64,000 bases of DNA. Origin: Dendrobates tinctorius. Its lineage: Eukaryota. The stretch's first letter is position 1, and the number at the start of each line of letters is the position of its first letter. Where the stretch lies: positions 4,712,001 through 4,776,000 of the forward strand of contig NW_027361722.1 of NCBI RefSeq assembly GCF_039654945.1. Reading direction: 5' to 3'. Made by a program: the position numbers and the translations under genes. The notes beneath the pieces are model-generated. The model was not told where the DNA came from, made no database searches, and saw nothing but the letters and a program-made list of their open reading frames with translations. This document shows positions 35,400 to 47,427 of this stretch, piece by piece.

Positions 35400-38300
35400 G
35401 TGAGTCCCAATGTTACCAGGCTTTATCGAAATTAATTCTCACCTACTCTTTCAAGAGCTCTGCTTGCTGGCAGTGAATGTTTGCATAGTTTCGGGTCCTC
35501 CGATGTTCACGTCTTACAGAAGGCACCAATGTCTGGCACTACGTAGGTACACAAGGTATGACGTCCACATGCAGGACCGGCTCCAGGTTTCTACGGCCAT
35601 TGGTCGACCCAGTGGGCTCCTCTTTTTTATTTTTCTCTCCTCTTCTCCTGAGATCCAGAACTTTTTTTTATTTTTCTGGTGATAGAGTTCTATAAGGGAT
35701 TATTTTACGGTACAAACTGTAGTTTTTATCACTTCCATTTTGGGGTCCATGCAACTTATCTGAACTCCGCAAAATAAATTGAGGTGTTGCAGTCTGGAAA
35801 GACACGCCGCATGTGTGTCTCCGCAGGGAAGCCGCGGGTGTCGGAGCACGCATAGTGGACATGGGATTTCTTGAAATCCCATCCACTATGCTGAAACATC
35901 TGGCTGCTGTGGGTTGGATGCTGTGGATGTACGCAGCGTCCAACCCACAGCATTTACTGACCGTGGGAACATACCCGTATAGTATGTGCACACGATCAGG
36001 AATTGCTCAGGATTTGACGCAGGTGAAATCTGCATCTGAGGTCACTGGCAGGTCACCTGCGTTTTTGATGCGTTGTTTCATTGCATGCGTTTTTTTTTGC
36101 CACTTGAAATAAAGCTAATTGAAAGTTAGCTTCTGGGAAGTAAAAAAAAGTGATTTCCTGTATTCAGATATATTGGGGTATGTGCACACGGTCAGTAAAC
36201 GCTGCGGGTTGGATGCAGCGTACATCCGAAATGTCCAACCTACAGCGTCCAGCTGTTACAGTGTAGTGGATGGGAATTCAAGAAATCCCATGCCCAATAT
36301 GTGTGCACTGATGCCCGCGGCTCACCCGTAGAGAAGGACATGAGGCGCATCTCTCCAGACCGCAGCATGTCAATTTATGTAGTGGAGACGCTCCATCTCC
36401 GCTGTGTAAATTACACATTCTCTATCATTAGATGCGGTAAAACTGCATTATCTTCCTAATCACATGTGTGTTACAGTGGGTACGGAAAGTATTCTGACCC
36501 CTTTAAATTTTTCACTCTTTGTTTCATTGCAGCCATTTGGTAAATTCAGAAAAGTTCATTTTTTCCTCATTAATGTACACTCTGCACCCCATCTTCACTG
36601 AAAAAAACAGAAATGTAGAAATATTTGCAAATTTATTAAAAAAGAAAACCTGAAATCCCACATGGTCATAAGTATTCAGCCCCTTTGCTCAGACACTCAT
36701 ATGTAAGTCACATGCTGACCCTTTCCTTGTGATCCTCCTTGAGATGGTTCTTCTCCTTCATTGGAGTCCAGCTGTGTGTAATTCAACTGATAGGACTTGA
36801 TTTGTAAAGGCGCACACCTGTCTATATAAGACCTCACAGCTCACAGTGCATGTCAGACCAAATGAGAATCATGAGGTCAAAGAAACTGGCCAAGGAGCTC
36901 AGAGGCAGAATTGTGGCAAGGCACAGATCTGGCCAAGGGTACAAAAGAATTTCTGCAGAGCACAGTGGCCTCCATAATCCTTAAATGGAAGAAGTTTGGG
37001 ACCACCAGAAGTCTTCCTAGACCTGGCCGTCCAGCCAGAGCAATCGTGGGAGAAGAGCCTTGGTGAGAGAGGTAAAGAAGAACCCCAAGATCACTGTGGC
37101 TGAGCTCCACAGATGCAGTAGGGAGATGGGAGAAAGTTCCACAAAGTCAACTATCACTGGAGCCCTCCACCGATCGGGCCTTTATGGCAGAGTGGCCCGC
37201 CGGAAGCCTCTCCTCAGTGCCAGATATATGAAAGCCCGCAGAGAGTTTGCTTAAAAACCACATGAAGGACTCCCAGACTATGAGAAATAAGATTCTGCGG
37301 TCTGATGAGGCGAAGATAGAACTTTTTGGTGATGATTCTAAGCGGTATATGTGGAGAAAACCAGGCACTGCTCATCACCTGCCCAATACAATCCCAACAG
37401 TGAAACATGGTGGCAGCATCATGCTATGGGGGTGTTTTTCAGCTGCAGGGACAGGACTGGTTGCAAATGAAGGAAACTTGAATGAGGCCAAGTACAGAGA
37501 TATCCTGGATGAAAACCTCTTCCAGAGTGCTCTGGACCTCAGACTTGGCCAAAGGTTCACCTTCCAACAAGACAATGACCCTAAGCACACAGCTAAAATA
37601 ACAAAGGAGTGGCTTCAGAACAACTCTGTGACCATTCCTGACTGGCCCAGCCAGAGCCCTGACCTAAACCCAATGGAGCATCTCTGGAGAGACCTGAAAA
37701 TGGCTGTCCACCAACGTTCACCATCCAACCTGACGGAACTGGAGAGACTCTGCAAGGAAGAATGGCAGAGGATCCCCAAATCCAGGGGTGAAAAACTTGT
37801 GGCATCATTCCCAAGACGACTCATGGCTGTACTAGCTCAAAGGGGCTGAATACTTATGACCATGTGATATTTCAGTTTTTCTTTTTTAATAAATTTGCAA
37901 AAATTTCTACATTTCTGTTTTTTTCAGTGAAGATGGGGTGCAGAGTGTACATTAATGAGGAAAAAATGAACTTTTGTGAATTTACCAAATGGCTGCAATG
38001 AAAGAGTGAAAAATTTAAAGGGGTCTGAATACTTTCCATACCCACTGTATATATGTTCCATGCACTGGAATCAGAGGTGTATATACCATACACTCATGGT
38101 TAGTTCCCCTGTAACCGGCCTAGTAGTGGACCCACCCGCAGCCGCGTCCATCATTTGTCAGTCACTTACGTAATTGTCCTGACAATTTGAGGAAGCAAAG
38201 TTGTGTCTCTGTGACAAACTGGTTTCAGCGATGGGATCTGTGTGACCCCCCTCCCCCTGGCTATTCCCTTGACAAACACCTGCAGAAAAATATGCACTGC

Positions 38301-41300
38301 ACAATTAATAAATAATTACGTCAACATTGTCAGGAAAATATGAAGTATTTCCTATTGCCCTAAGGTACACATACAGAGCTCCTGCTGCCCCACCCCCATT
38401 TGGTTTGTGCAGTGTAACACTGAGCTTCACAATGCAGCCACTCTATCTATTCTATCCCCTCTCCCACCTTCCTTCAGCAGTATGGTCAATTTTACTACCC
38501 AGACCAGTGTAGAGCAGTTTATCCCTCCAAGATTTATATTTCCTTTGTCTATTCCAGGTCGAATTTAATAAAACACAATAATCCGAGAGACAGAAAAAAT
38601 ATATTTTCAGAATCGGTATAAGTAAAGCTACACACAGCAGCGTTTTGTGGCTTACAGGGTCCTCAGAAATTGGAGAAATAGTTTCAGCGCCGCAGTAGCC
38701 CGCAGACATGGCATATTTGGTCTCAAAAGAAAGACAATTTCATAAGAGAAAATATAATGCCCCTGCTGTCACTCTGTGAGCCCCCCAGCCAGAGGTATGG
38801 CAAGTAGAAGTTTTTAATAACTTTCCAAAAGGGGTGTACATCCTCTAACACAGCCCACCAAGTGAGGTCAGCAATGGAGGAGTCCCTAAGTTTATGGGCA
38901 AACTGTAAAACAGGAACAGCCATTTTGTAGGGTTTTCAGACCTGGGGATGACAGCGAACATCCATGCTGTGGACTGAATCCTTCTGTTTGGAAACCCCCC
39001 CTCCCCTCATCGACACGCCATACCAGTGACTGAGATGTAGTAAGTTTCTTATTTTAATCCCTTTTATTTCTTACTGTCTGTACATACTGTATTTTGTCTC
39101 CATGTGTAATATCTTTTGTATTTTTGTAAACACTGCCTATATTTTCTGGCGTAAACTTATAAATTTACTAGTTTCGTTCTTTTGCGCTATGATCGAACCG
39201 ACACATACTCCGTGCCAAAACACGCCACCTTTTGGGTTGGTTCCTGGCCCAATATAGGTTTTGATATCAAAAGAGGAACTGGTGGCAGCATTGCATCCTG
39301 GTAGTATTAGGGAACCCTGGCTGCGACGGATCGGAGGATATGTGTGTATTCCCTGCCTGGGACTGGTGATCTACATACCGCCCTCACTGCAGAGTGCCTG
39401 ATAGCCAGTACGCGACAAGGCAGCCTTTCCGGCAACTACTTAGCCTAGGTGCAGTTCCCTGACTGACCTGAGGGGATAAGGGGGTTATCTTCCCCCTAAC
39501 CTTGACAAATATAAATTAATTAGCTATTCCTCTCTCTTCCTGAATTCATTACCCTGCCAATTCACAGGTCATTGTCCTGTGTGTGTCCCCCCATAAATGG
39601 TCTGTAATCACATTGTGATTTCCCCCCAAGTTCTCTCTCCCATGCCAAGAAAACAGAAAAACATTCACCAATTGACGAACCCGCATGGCGCCGCTTTCCT
39701 GATCGCTATTGGTTTCTTGTAGCATGATTCTTGCTGAATGACACAGGATGGGTGACAACAACACTGTGCCACCTACGTCATATAGAAGGCGCTGAGCAAG
39801 AAGCCAAGGATGGCGCTCTGCAGCTTTCCTTCTATTATCATGGAGTGGCGCTGAGGGAAGGTGTTCTTCGCTCCCTGCCCAATGCTGCGCTAACAGTGAA
39901 GAAGTCACGTTTAATGAGGGCAGTCTGACTGTGGACCCCTGTACATCCACCCCAGGTGGTAGCCCAGATTGCCCTTATTATAATCCTCCCCTGGTCACTA
40001 CTTTCTCTAATAGTAGGAAGGACAATGAGAACTCACAGGCTTTCTCTACTAGTAGGTAGGGACGCTTTAGTCTCACCCCTGATCCTGCCTGGAATTGACC
40101 CACTTGAGACCAGAATTTATGCGATTTTTACACCTGAGCAGTCATGCATGCCATAGAATACTAGAATGTTAGAGTTGGATGGGACCCCCGGGTCATCAGG
40201 ACCTCCAGGGTCATCGTGTACAACCCCCTGCTCAATGCTGGATTCACTAAACCATCTCAGACAGATGTCTGTCCAGCCTCTGAAGATTTCCATGGAAGGA
40301 GAACTCACCACCTATTGTGGCTGCCTGTTCCACTCATTGATCACCCTCACTGTCAAAAAGTTTTTCTAAGGCTATGTGCACACGGTGCGTATTCTGCGTA
40401 GGAATTTTCAGCGCAGAATTTACTAAAGCCGCAGGTCAAATGACCTGCATTTTTTCTGCGGATTTAGTGCTTTTTTGGTGCAGTTTCACTGCATGTTTTG
40501 TGCGGTTTTCCACCTGCGGATTTCTAGAATGGAGCAGGTGGAAAACTGCAGCAAAAGCGCACAAAAGAAGTGACATACTGCTTTTTTCATTCTGCACCAA
40601 ATCCACGCGGAAAAAAAGCAGCATGTGCACAGCGGATTTTGTTTCACATAGGCTTTAATGCTACTGTACATCACATGCAGTTCCGCTGCATATATGCAGG
40701 GCCAAATCCGCTGCGTATATGCAGCAGAATCCGCACTGTGTGCACATAGCCTCATATCCAATTTGCATCTTCTCCCTTTTCAGTTTCATTCCATTGCTTC
40801 TCGTATTTCCATGTGCGAATGAGAATAATGATGATCCCTCTACACTGTGACAGCCCTTCAGATGTTAGTAGACAGCTCTTAGGGTATGTGCACACGCTGC
40901 GGTTTCTGCTGCGTTTCTGCAGCGTTTTTGGCTCTGCAGAAACGCAGCAGATTTTGCTGCGTTGTACAGTACCTTTATTTCCTATGGAAATAAAAAAAAG
41001 CTGTGAACATGCTGCGTTTTTTTCCGCGCGGTTTTGCTGCGGTTTACAATCCGCAGCATCTCAATTGTTTGGTGCAGAAACGCTGCAGTTTTACACCTCA
41101 TCCATTATGAGGTGTAAAACCGCAGGGCAAAACCGCAGAAAAAACGCAGATAATCCGCAGAAAAACCGCAGCACTTTGTCCTGCGGATTTCCTGCGGTTT
41201 TCTCTACAAAATCCGCAGAGACTAAAAACTACGTGTGCACATACCCTTAGTCTCCTTATTTCCAAGCTAAACATTCCCAGACCCTTTATATGTTTCTCGT

Positions 41301-44300
41301 AGGACATACTTTGCAGTCCGCTCACCATCCTTGTAGCTCTTCTCTGAACTTGCTCCAGTTTTTTCAATGTCTTTTTTAAAATGTGGTGCCCAGAACTGGA
41401 CCCAGTATTCCAGATGTGGCCTGACCAAGGAGGAGTAGAGGAGGATAAGGACTTCACATGATCTAGACTCTATGCTTCTCTTAATATATCCTAGAACTGT
41501 GTTTGATTTTTTTGCTGCTGCATCACACTGTTGACTCATGTACAGCCTGTGATCTATTAGTATACCCAAGTCTTTTTCACACCTGCTGTTGCTTAGTTCT
41601 ATTCCTCCCATTCTATAGATGCAATTTTAGTTTTTCTTGCCCAGATATAGAATCTCACATTTCTCCCTCTTAAATACCATTCTACTAGTCACTGCCTATC
41701 GTTCAAGCTTATCTAGATCCTTCTGAATCCTTTCTCTGTCTTCTCTAGTGTTAGCTATCTCTCCAAGCTTTACATTGTCTGCAAATTAGATTAGTTTATC
41801 TTCAGTTCCCAATTCCCAGAGTTGCCCAGACCAATTTTCACAACCACCGTCAGTACAGAGTCCTGTGCAGTACAGAGAGGAAGTCTCCAGTGCAGCAGCT
41901 TCGACTTCCTGTACTCAGTGTTGGCTTTACATCCTTTTATTGATTAGTTGATGCTATTCTGTAGGACAGTGGTGGGAGTTGAGGGGGCCATGGATCATTC
42001 TGGAATATTCTGCTGACAGAGGGTCTTTAATATTTACAGTAGTTGCTGTGGCGGAAACGTTCCTCAGAACGCAGAATATTACAGCTACAGACGGCAGTAG
42101 TGTCACCCTGAGGTGTCAGCTCCTCATACAGGACACCAAAGTTGTCCAAGTCAACTGGAACTTCTGCAACGATCTGCACATCGCGTATCATGTGAATGAC
42201 CATGAGACTGAGGGAATGGTGATGTCGGCATTCTCAGACCGGGTGACCCTGGCAAACGATTATGGGATTGTCATCTCAGACGTCAGCAGGAACGATACCG
42301 GCCAGTACTGCTGCGTCTTCAACACCTTCCCACATGGAGTATATACCGGGAGGATTTACCTACAGGTTGTATGTACGTATCACATAGGATCAATTTAGAT
42401 ACATGGCTCAGGAGTCAATATCACACGTGAAGGGCTTAGATACACCAGAACCGAGATTACACTCTATGACTTGGTGTTTTACTCTTTTTTTCTCCAGCAG
42501 AGGACTCTTGGACACGTGGACCTTATCTTTGGATCGGATCAGGACTTGGGATCCTTCTTGTGGTCACAGTTATCGTCACCGGGAGTTTCTATTACAAGGT
42601 GAAGCGCAAATAGAGTGAGTTGTGTCTACAGCCAGACGGGGCAGGAAGGAGTCATGTGGGGTCACTACTTTTATCCAATGTCACCCCCCCAGATATGAAG
42701 TCTAGAGATGGGCAGACACCTGGATGCTCGGGTCTGGTGGGTTCGGCCGAACAGTTACAAAAAGGTTGGGTTCGGGTACCAGAACAGTACTTGAATGAGG
42801 GGCTTGAACATCCAGTGTTTGCCACGCTGTCATTACTGCCGATCAGAGAGCCGCGGATCTCGCGCTGTCAAAAGACCGCGTGAGCCAGCAGCTGTGATCG
42901 GCGGTATAAAGTTTACCTCTGGTCACTGGTGTCAGCTGATGGGACTACCACTCCCATCAGCCTACTCCTACTAATAACAGCAAGAGCAGGAGCGGCTGAT
43001 GAGTGTATTCATTAGACGGCTCCAGAGCTGTAAATAATCATTTAAAAAAAAAAAAACGGTGTGGGTTCCCCCAGTATTTTTGATAACCAGCCAGGCAAAA
43101 CTCACAGCTGGGGGCTGCAACCCTCTGCTGTCAGCAGGCCCGAATTGGTAATATGCCCAACCGGGCCGCTGTCATGTGGGCCACGGGCGGCAGCACCTGC
43201 TCATCTGGCCGCTTGCCAGCTGATGCGGCCACTGGCCTGGCTGTTGTCCCTGCCGCCGGCCCTCTCTGCAGGCACGGCGGTTATAGTTTACAATCCTTCT
43301 GGGATTTTTCTATCCCTCACTGCAGGAGGGAGATAAGCCGCCACGCCTCCCCCAACGCACCCCATCCTCGCCCTAGCATGAGACCTCCCCCCCACCCCCG
43401 CAGCCACTCACAGCGCCGCTTGCCTGCTCTCTTCTCTGTACACAGGACCTGTGATGAGGTCACAGGAGGGGAGGAGTCAGGGGGTCACATGATCAGGAGT
43501 CTTTGTCCAGACCCCTGACTCCGCCCCTCCTGTGACCTCATCACAGGTCCTGTGCGCACAGCTCTGCCTCTTGGTGTCTGCAGGACTCTGCTGTGCTGGT
43601 TGTCATGTTGCTGGATGAGGGAAGTATGTGTGGGGTCAGGAAGGGTTTACAGGGTAGATGTAGCCGAGCCGTGTGTGTACGAGGTGTACGGAGCGGAGCC
43701 ATGTGTGCACGAGGTGTACGGAGCGGAGCCGTGTGTGTACGAGGTGTACGGAGCGGAGCCGTGTGTACGAGGTGTACGGAGCGGAGCCGCGTGTGTACGA
43801 GGTGTACGGAGCAGAGCGTGTGTGTACGAGGTGTACGGAGCGGAGCCGTGTGTGTACGAGGTGTACGGAGAGGAGCCGTGTGTACGAGGTGTACGGAGCG
43901 GAGATGTGTGTGTACGCGGTGTACGGAACGGAGCCGTGTGTGTACGAGGTGTACGGAGCGGAGCTGTGTGTGTACGAGGTGTACAGAGCGGAGCCGTGTC
44001 TACAAGGTGTACGGAGTGGAGCCGTGTGTACAAGGTGTACGGAGCGGAGCCGTGTGTACAAGGTGTACCGAGAGGAGCCGTGTGTGTACGGAGTGGAGCC
44101 ACATGTGTACGGGATGTACGAAGCATACAAAGCGGGCTTTTCCCACGGACACAGGAGTACACGGCGGAGCCCCGAGGAGCATTTTAAAACTCACACATGA
44201 CGTTCCACCGGAAATGATGTGCTGGAAGCTGACCAGAAATGAGGTAATTTCATGAGGAAATTGTGTCGGAACTAGGAATGCTTCAGATCCATCACCATGT

Positions 44301-45614
44301 CCTCCTCTGACAGCGCAGACAGCAGGATCGCCTTGGAATCGGGGTTGCCGGCCATGTGAGCGGATCATATGTCCTGCATCGGGAGGCTCAGGTGGGCACT
44401 ACAATAGGAGCCGGGCTGCTATAGTATCTTTGTAGAATCTTTCTTTCTCATTCTCTTTTCTGTCTTTCCCTCATTTTCTTTCTATCTCTCTGTTCTTTCT
44501 TTCCCCTCTTTCTTTCTTTTTCTTTCCTCTCTTTCTCTCTGTTCTTTTTCTTTACTTCTTTCTTTCTCTCTTTGATCTTTCGTCTTTCTCTCTCTGTTCT
44601 TTCTTTCTCTCTCGCTCTCCTTTCTTTCTCTCTCTCTGTTTTCTCTCTTCCTCAGTACCAGTCAGTGTGATCAGCAGTGCTAAATGGGTGCGGTTGGGCG
44701 TGGACATGGTTGTAACTAGTTCCGAAATGGATGTGGCTGGGGAGTGGCCTAAAATGCGCAGCGCGCCGCAGTCTTTGTCCCTCTTTCCCTTCTTCAAAAC
44801 TTGATAGGTATGATAGGGGCGGCTATGACCAGGGGGGTCTGGTTGCCCAATGGATAGCAGTTCTGCCAGGAATTCTGTCACCGTGCGTACAAAAGGGGAC
44901 AGAGCTTTGGGAGGAGTACTATACCTAAAAGCAATAAATAGGACTGAGCTGAAATACTGGGCACAGCTGTGACTACATGTTATATAGTCGTGTTAATCTC
45001 CTCTCACTTCTTGTAACCTACAAGTGTACAAAAATATTGTATAGTCACCATATGACTAGTGGGCCTGTGTAACTTCAAATGCCAGGGCTGAATTTTAGTC
45101 CCAGTCCGGCCCTGGCTGTCAGCTTCAGCAAGGCTGGTCATCAAGAAAATTTTACCACCAATCAGAAGCACTGTTTGCTGCGCTGTCATGCACATGACTG
45201 CGTGACAAACACTCGGTGTTCGGGCAGCCGAACCCAAACAGTAACATGGACTTCCTGGTGAAGTCCATGTTTGGTGTCTGAGCCTGAACAACATGTGTTC
45301 GGTACGGATGCTGAACTTTACTGTTCAGGTTCGCCCAACTCTAATGAAGACGATTGCATAGACCCCCAACCTGGTCACTGTAGGTCCCAGATGGGTTTTA
45401 TTGTTACGGGGATGATGGCAGCCATTATATTGTGTAATTTTTTTTTTAGAAAAAGAAATCCGGTGCCTTCTACTCCAATGTCATGGCTAAGACACGAAGA
45501 GTTGGTCCCATAAGTGCGAATATCCCAAATTCAGCCCAGGTCATACCCACAGATGAAGACTCAGAGAGGGAAGTGAGCAATGAATACTTTAATGTCATCC
45601 TGTACAACATGTAA
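35339..45614 (+). CDS. TIGIT: TIGIT-like single-IgV type I membrane receptor (PVR/nectin-binding family), 4 exons, 219 aa
   Basis: join(35339..35399,42040..42372,42498..42598,45450..45614) = 660 nt. Encodes a signal peptide, an IgV domain (VVQVNW...DTGQYCCVFNTFPHGVYTGRIYLQV; human VTQVNW...DTGEYFCIYHTYPDGTYTGRIFLEV), a TM segment and a tail ending EYFNVILYNM*. AATAAA at 45672. Position and orientation next to QTRT2 match human synteny. Confidence 0.85.
36474..38047 (+). mobile_element. Tc1 DD34E transposon (Passport-like, long TIRs), defective
   Basis: TA TSD on both sides; about 200-bp TIRs starting CAGTGGGTACGGAAAGTATT. Transposase from 36871 with indels; SDEAKIELFG...QQDNDPKH-34aa-E. Confidence 0.92.
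40370..40751. mobile_element. Harbinger-type MITE within the CR1
   Basis: TIR GGCTATGTGCACAC; TAA/TCA flanks. Confidence 0.8.
40882..41246. mobile_element. Harbinger-type MITE within the CR1
   Basis: TIR GGGTATGTGCACACG; TTA TSD. Confidence 0.85.
42040..42372 (+). CDS. TIGIT: TIGIT exon 2 (IgV domain)
   Basis: Phase 1-1 Ig exon with VTLRC, W, DxGxYxC and the TFP key motif. Confidence 0.88.
42498..42598 (+). CDS. TIGIT: TIGIT exon 3 (transmembrane)
   Basis: EDSWTRGPYLWIGSGLGILLVVTVIVTGSFYYK|gt. Confidence 0.85.
43135..45114. mobile_element. Second hAT element nested in the first
   Basis: Ends CAGGCCCGAATTGG / CCAGTCCGGCCCTG; perfect 8-bp TSD GCTGTCAG. Carries a hairpin (about 43438-43558), a 30-bp minisatellite and a CT-rich tract. 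Confidence 0.8.
43665..44110. repeat. 28-30-bp minisatellite
   Basis: gagccgtgtgtgtacgaggtgtacggagcg. Confidence 0.92.
45450..45614 (+). CDS. TIGIT: TIGIT exon 4 (cytoplasmic tail)
   Basis: Poly-T acceptor; KKKSGAFYSNV...EVSNEYFNVILYNM*. Confidence 0.85.
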   Translation, partial: KKKSGAFYSNVMAKTRRVGPISANIPNSAQVIPTDEDSEREVSNEYFNVILYNM

Positions 45615-47427
45615 GACGCTGGAAATGCACAGACGTGTGCGCTCAGTGTCAGGAGGCTGCTGTCAGCTGTAAATAAAATATGGTCTTTCAGAAATAAATC
45701 ACATTTCCTAATTTTGTAAGACATCACCACAATATGCAGTGGTAACCTATACATGGATCTACAGAGAATGGAAACTACAGCCCCCAAACTTCTGCCAAGA
45801 CATGCTGGGAGTTGTGGTATTGAATAATAATTTATCACGTTGAGTCTGAATTCACCCTTGTGTCCAACAGAAAGTCTACTCATCTTCCAAACACAATGCA
45901 GCTTTTATTTTTCCAAAACTTTTGAAGAAATTAAAGCTGCCCTGTAATTGGTTGCTTTGGGTAACACGGAGAGAAATATTATCACTTTTAAAAAATATCC
46001 CCCTTTGGATAAGACCACCTCTTCTTCACACCAGATTTCTTGTGACAGATTTTTAGTTCCACCATACATTATACATGGTGGCCATGTTTTAACCTATTGA
46101 TGCAACTGATGGATTTTTGTGTGGTCATCTCAAAGTACATTACATATTAGCCAAGTGTGGGGGAGTAGTCATGCCTCCCAACCGTCCTGGATCTAGCGGG
46201 ACAGTCCAGAAGTTGGGGAACTGTACTGGGAGGTTGGAGGACTCAGATGAAGTAAAATATAATAGTGAAACCTACAGATCCTTCCGTCACCATTCTGTCT
46301 GGGTAAAGATGGAGGAGAGACCTGCATCTCAGGAGGAAATGGTGGAAAGACCTGTGGGGGTGTCATCCTGTTTGGAAAAATAAACAATAAGTATAAACTA
46401 GGGGAAATATATTGTGTGGAGGAGACCGTCGAGGAATCATGTGCGGGAACTGTGAGCGCAGCATGCTGTGTGTGGTAGACATTGGTGTATGGTAAATTTC
46501 CCCACATAGTATAGTGCCTCCACAGTTGTGTGTGGTAATCAATGTGCCATAATGGAGGGAAGAGTAAATACAAATATGCAGTTTGCATCTTAACATATTA
46601 TGGGGACATCATACTGTGTGTGGGGGAATGTACTGTGGGGACATCATACTGTGTGTGGGGGAATGTACTGTGGGGACATCATACTGTGTGTGGGGGAATG
46701 TACTGTGGGGACATCATACTGTGTGTGTGGGGGAATGTACTGTGGGGACATCATACTGTGTGTGTGGGGGAATGTACTGTGGTTACATCATACTGTGTGT
46801 GGGGGGGAATGTACTGTGGGACATCATACTGTGTGTGGGGGGGAATGTACTGTGGGACATCATACTATGTGTGGGGATAATGTACTGTGGGACATCATAC
46901 TGTGTGTGTGGGGGAATGTACTGTGGGACATCATACTGTGTGTGTGGGGGAATGTACTGTGGTTACATCATACTGTGTGTGGGGGGGAATGTACTGTGGG
47001 GACATCATACTGTGTGGGGGGGAATGTACTGTGGGGACATCATACTGTGTGTGGGGGAATGTACTGTGGGGACATCATACTGTGTGTGTGGGGGAATGTA
47101 CTGTGGTTACATCATACTGTGTGTGGGGGGGAATGTACTGTGGGACATCATACTGTGTGTGGGGGGGAATGTACTGTGGTTACATCATACTGTGTGTGGG
47201 GGGGAATGTACTGTGGGACATCATACTGTGTGTGGGGGAATGTACTGTGGGGACATCATACTGTGTGTGGGGATAATGTACTGTGGGACATCATACTGTG
47301 TGTGGGGGAATGTACTGTGGGGACATTATATACTGTGTGTGGAGGAATGTACTGTGGGGACATCATACTGTGTGTGGGGGAATGTACTGTGGGGACATCA
47401 TACTGTGTGTGTGGGGGAATGTACTGT

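Larger units (their letters stand above)
40152..41812 (-). mobile_element. 5'-truncated CR1 LINE interrupted by two MITEs
   Basis: EKDLGILIDHRLYMSQQCDAAAKK...LVRPHLEYWVQFWAPHFKKDI; CR1-type 3' tail near 40152. Confidence 0.88.
42703..45343. mobile_element. Non-autonomous hAT element filling TIGIT intron 3
   Basis: Ends TAGAGATGGGC...GCCCAACTCTA; 8-bp TSD ATGAAGTC/ATGAAGAC. Confidence 0.75.

Noticed and set aside
35760-36420. Inverted pair of GGGTATGTGCACAC-family segments
   Set aside because: Partial Harbinger-type MITE fragments with unresolved boundaries; ordinary repeats
38210-39490. Possible solo-LTR or tyrosine-recombinase-element terminal repeat in TIGIT intron 1
   Set aside because: It starts TGTGACA and contains TGGTGGCAGC, but I could not define the right end or a TSD
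41951-41960. ATGCTATTCT|gtagga as TIGIT exon 1
   Set aside because: It would give too short a signal peptide; 35339-35399 has a stronger donor and a proper hydrophobic leader
45770-45820. ZNF143-like motif downstream of TIGIT
   Set aside because: Degenerate, part of a short palindromic repeat, and not in a promoter context
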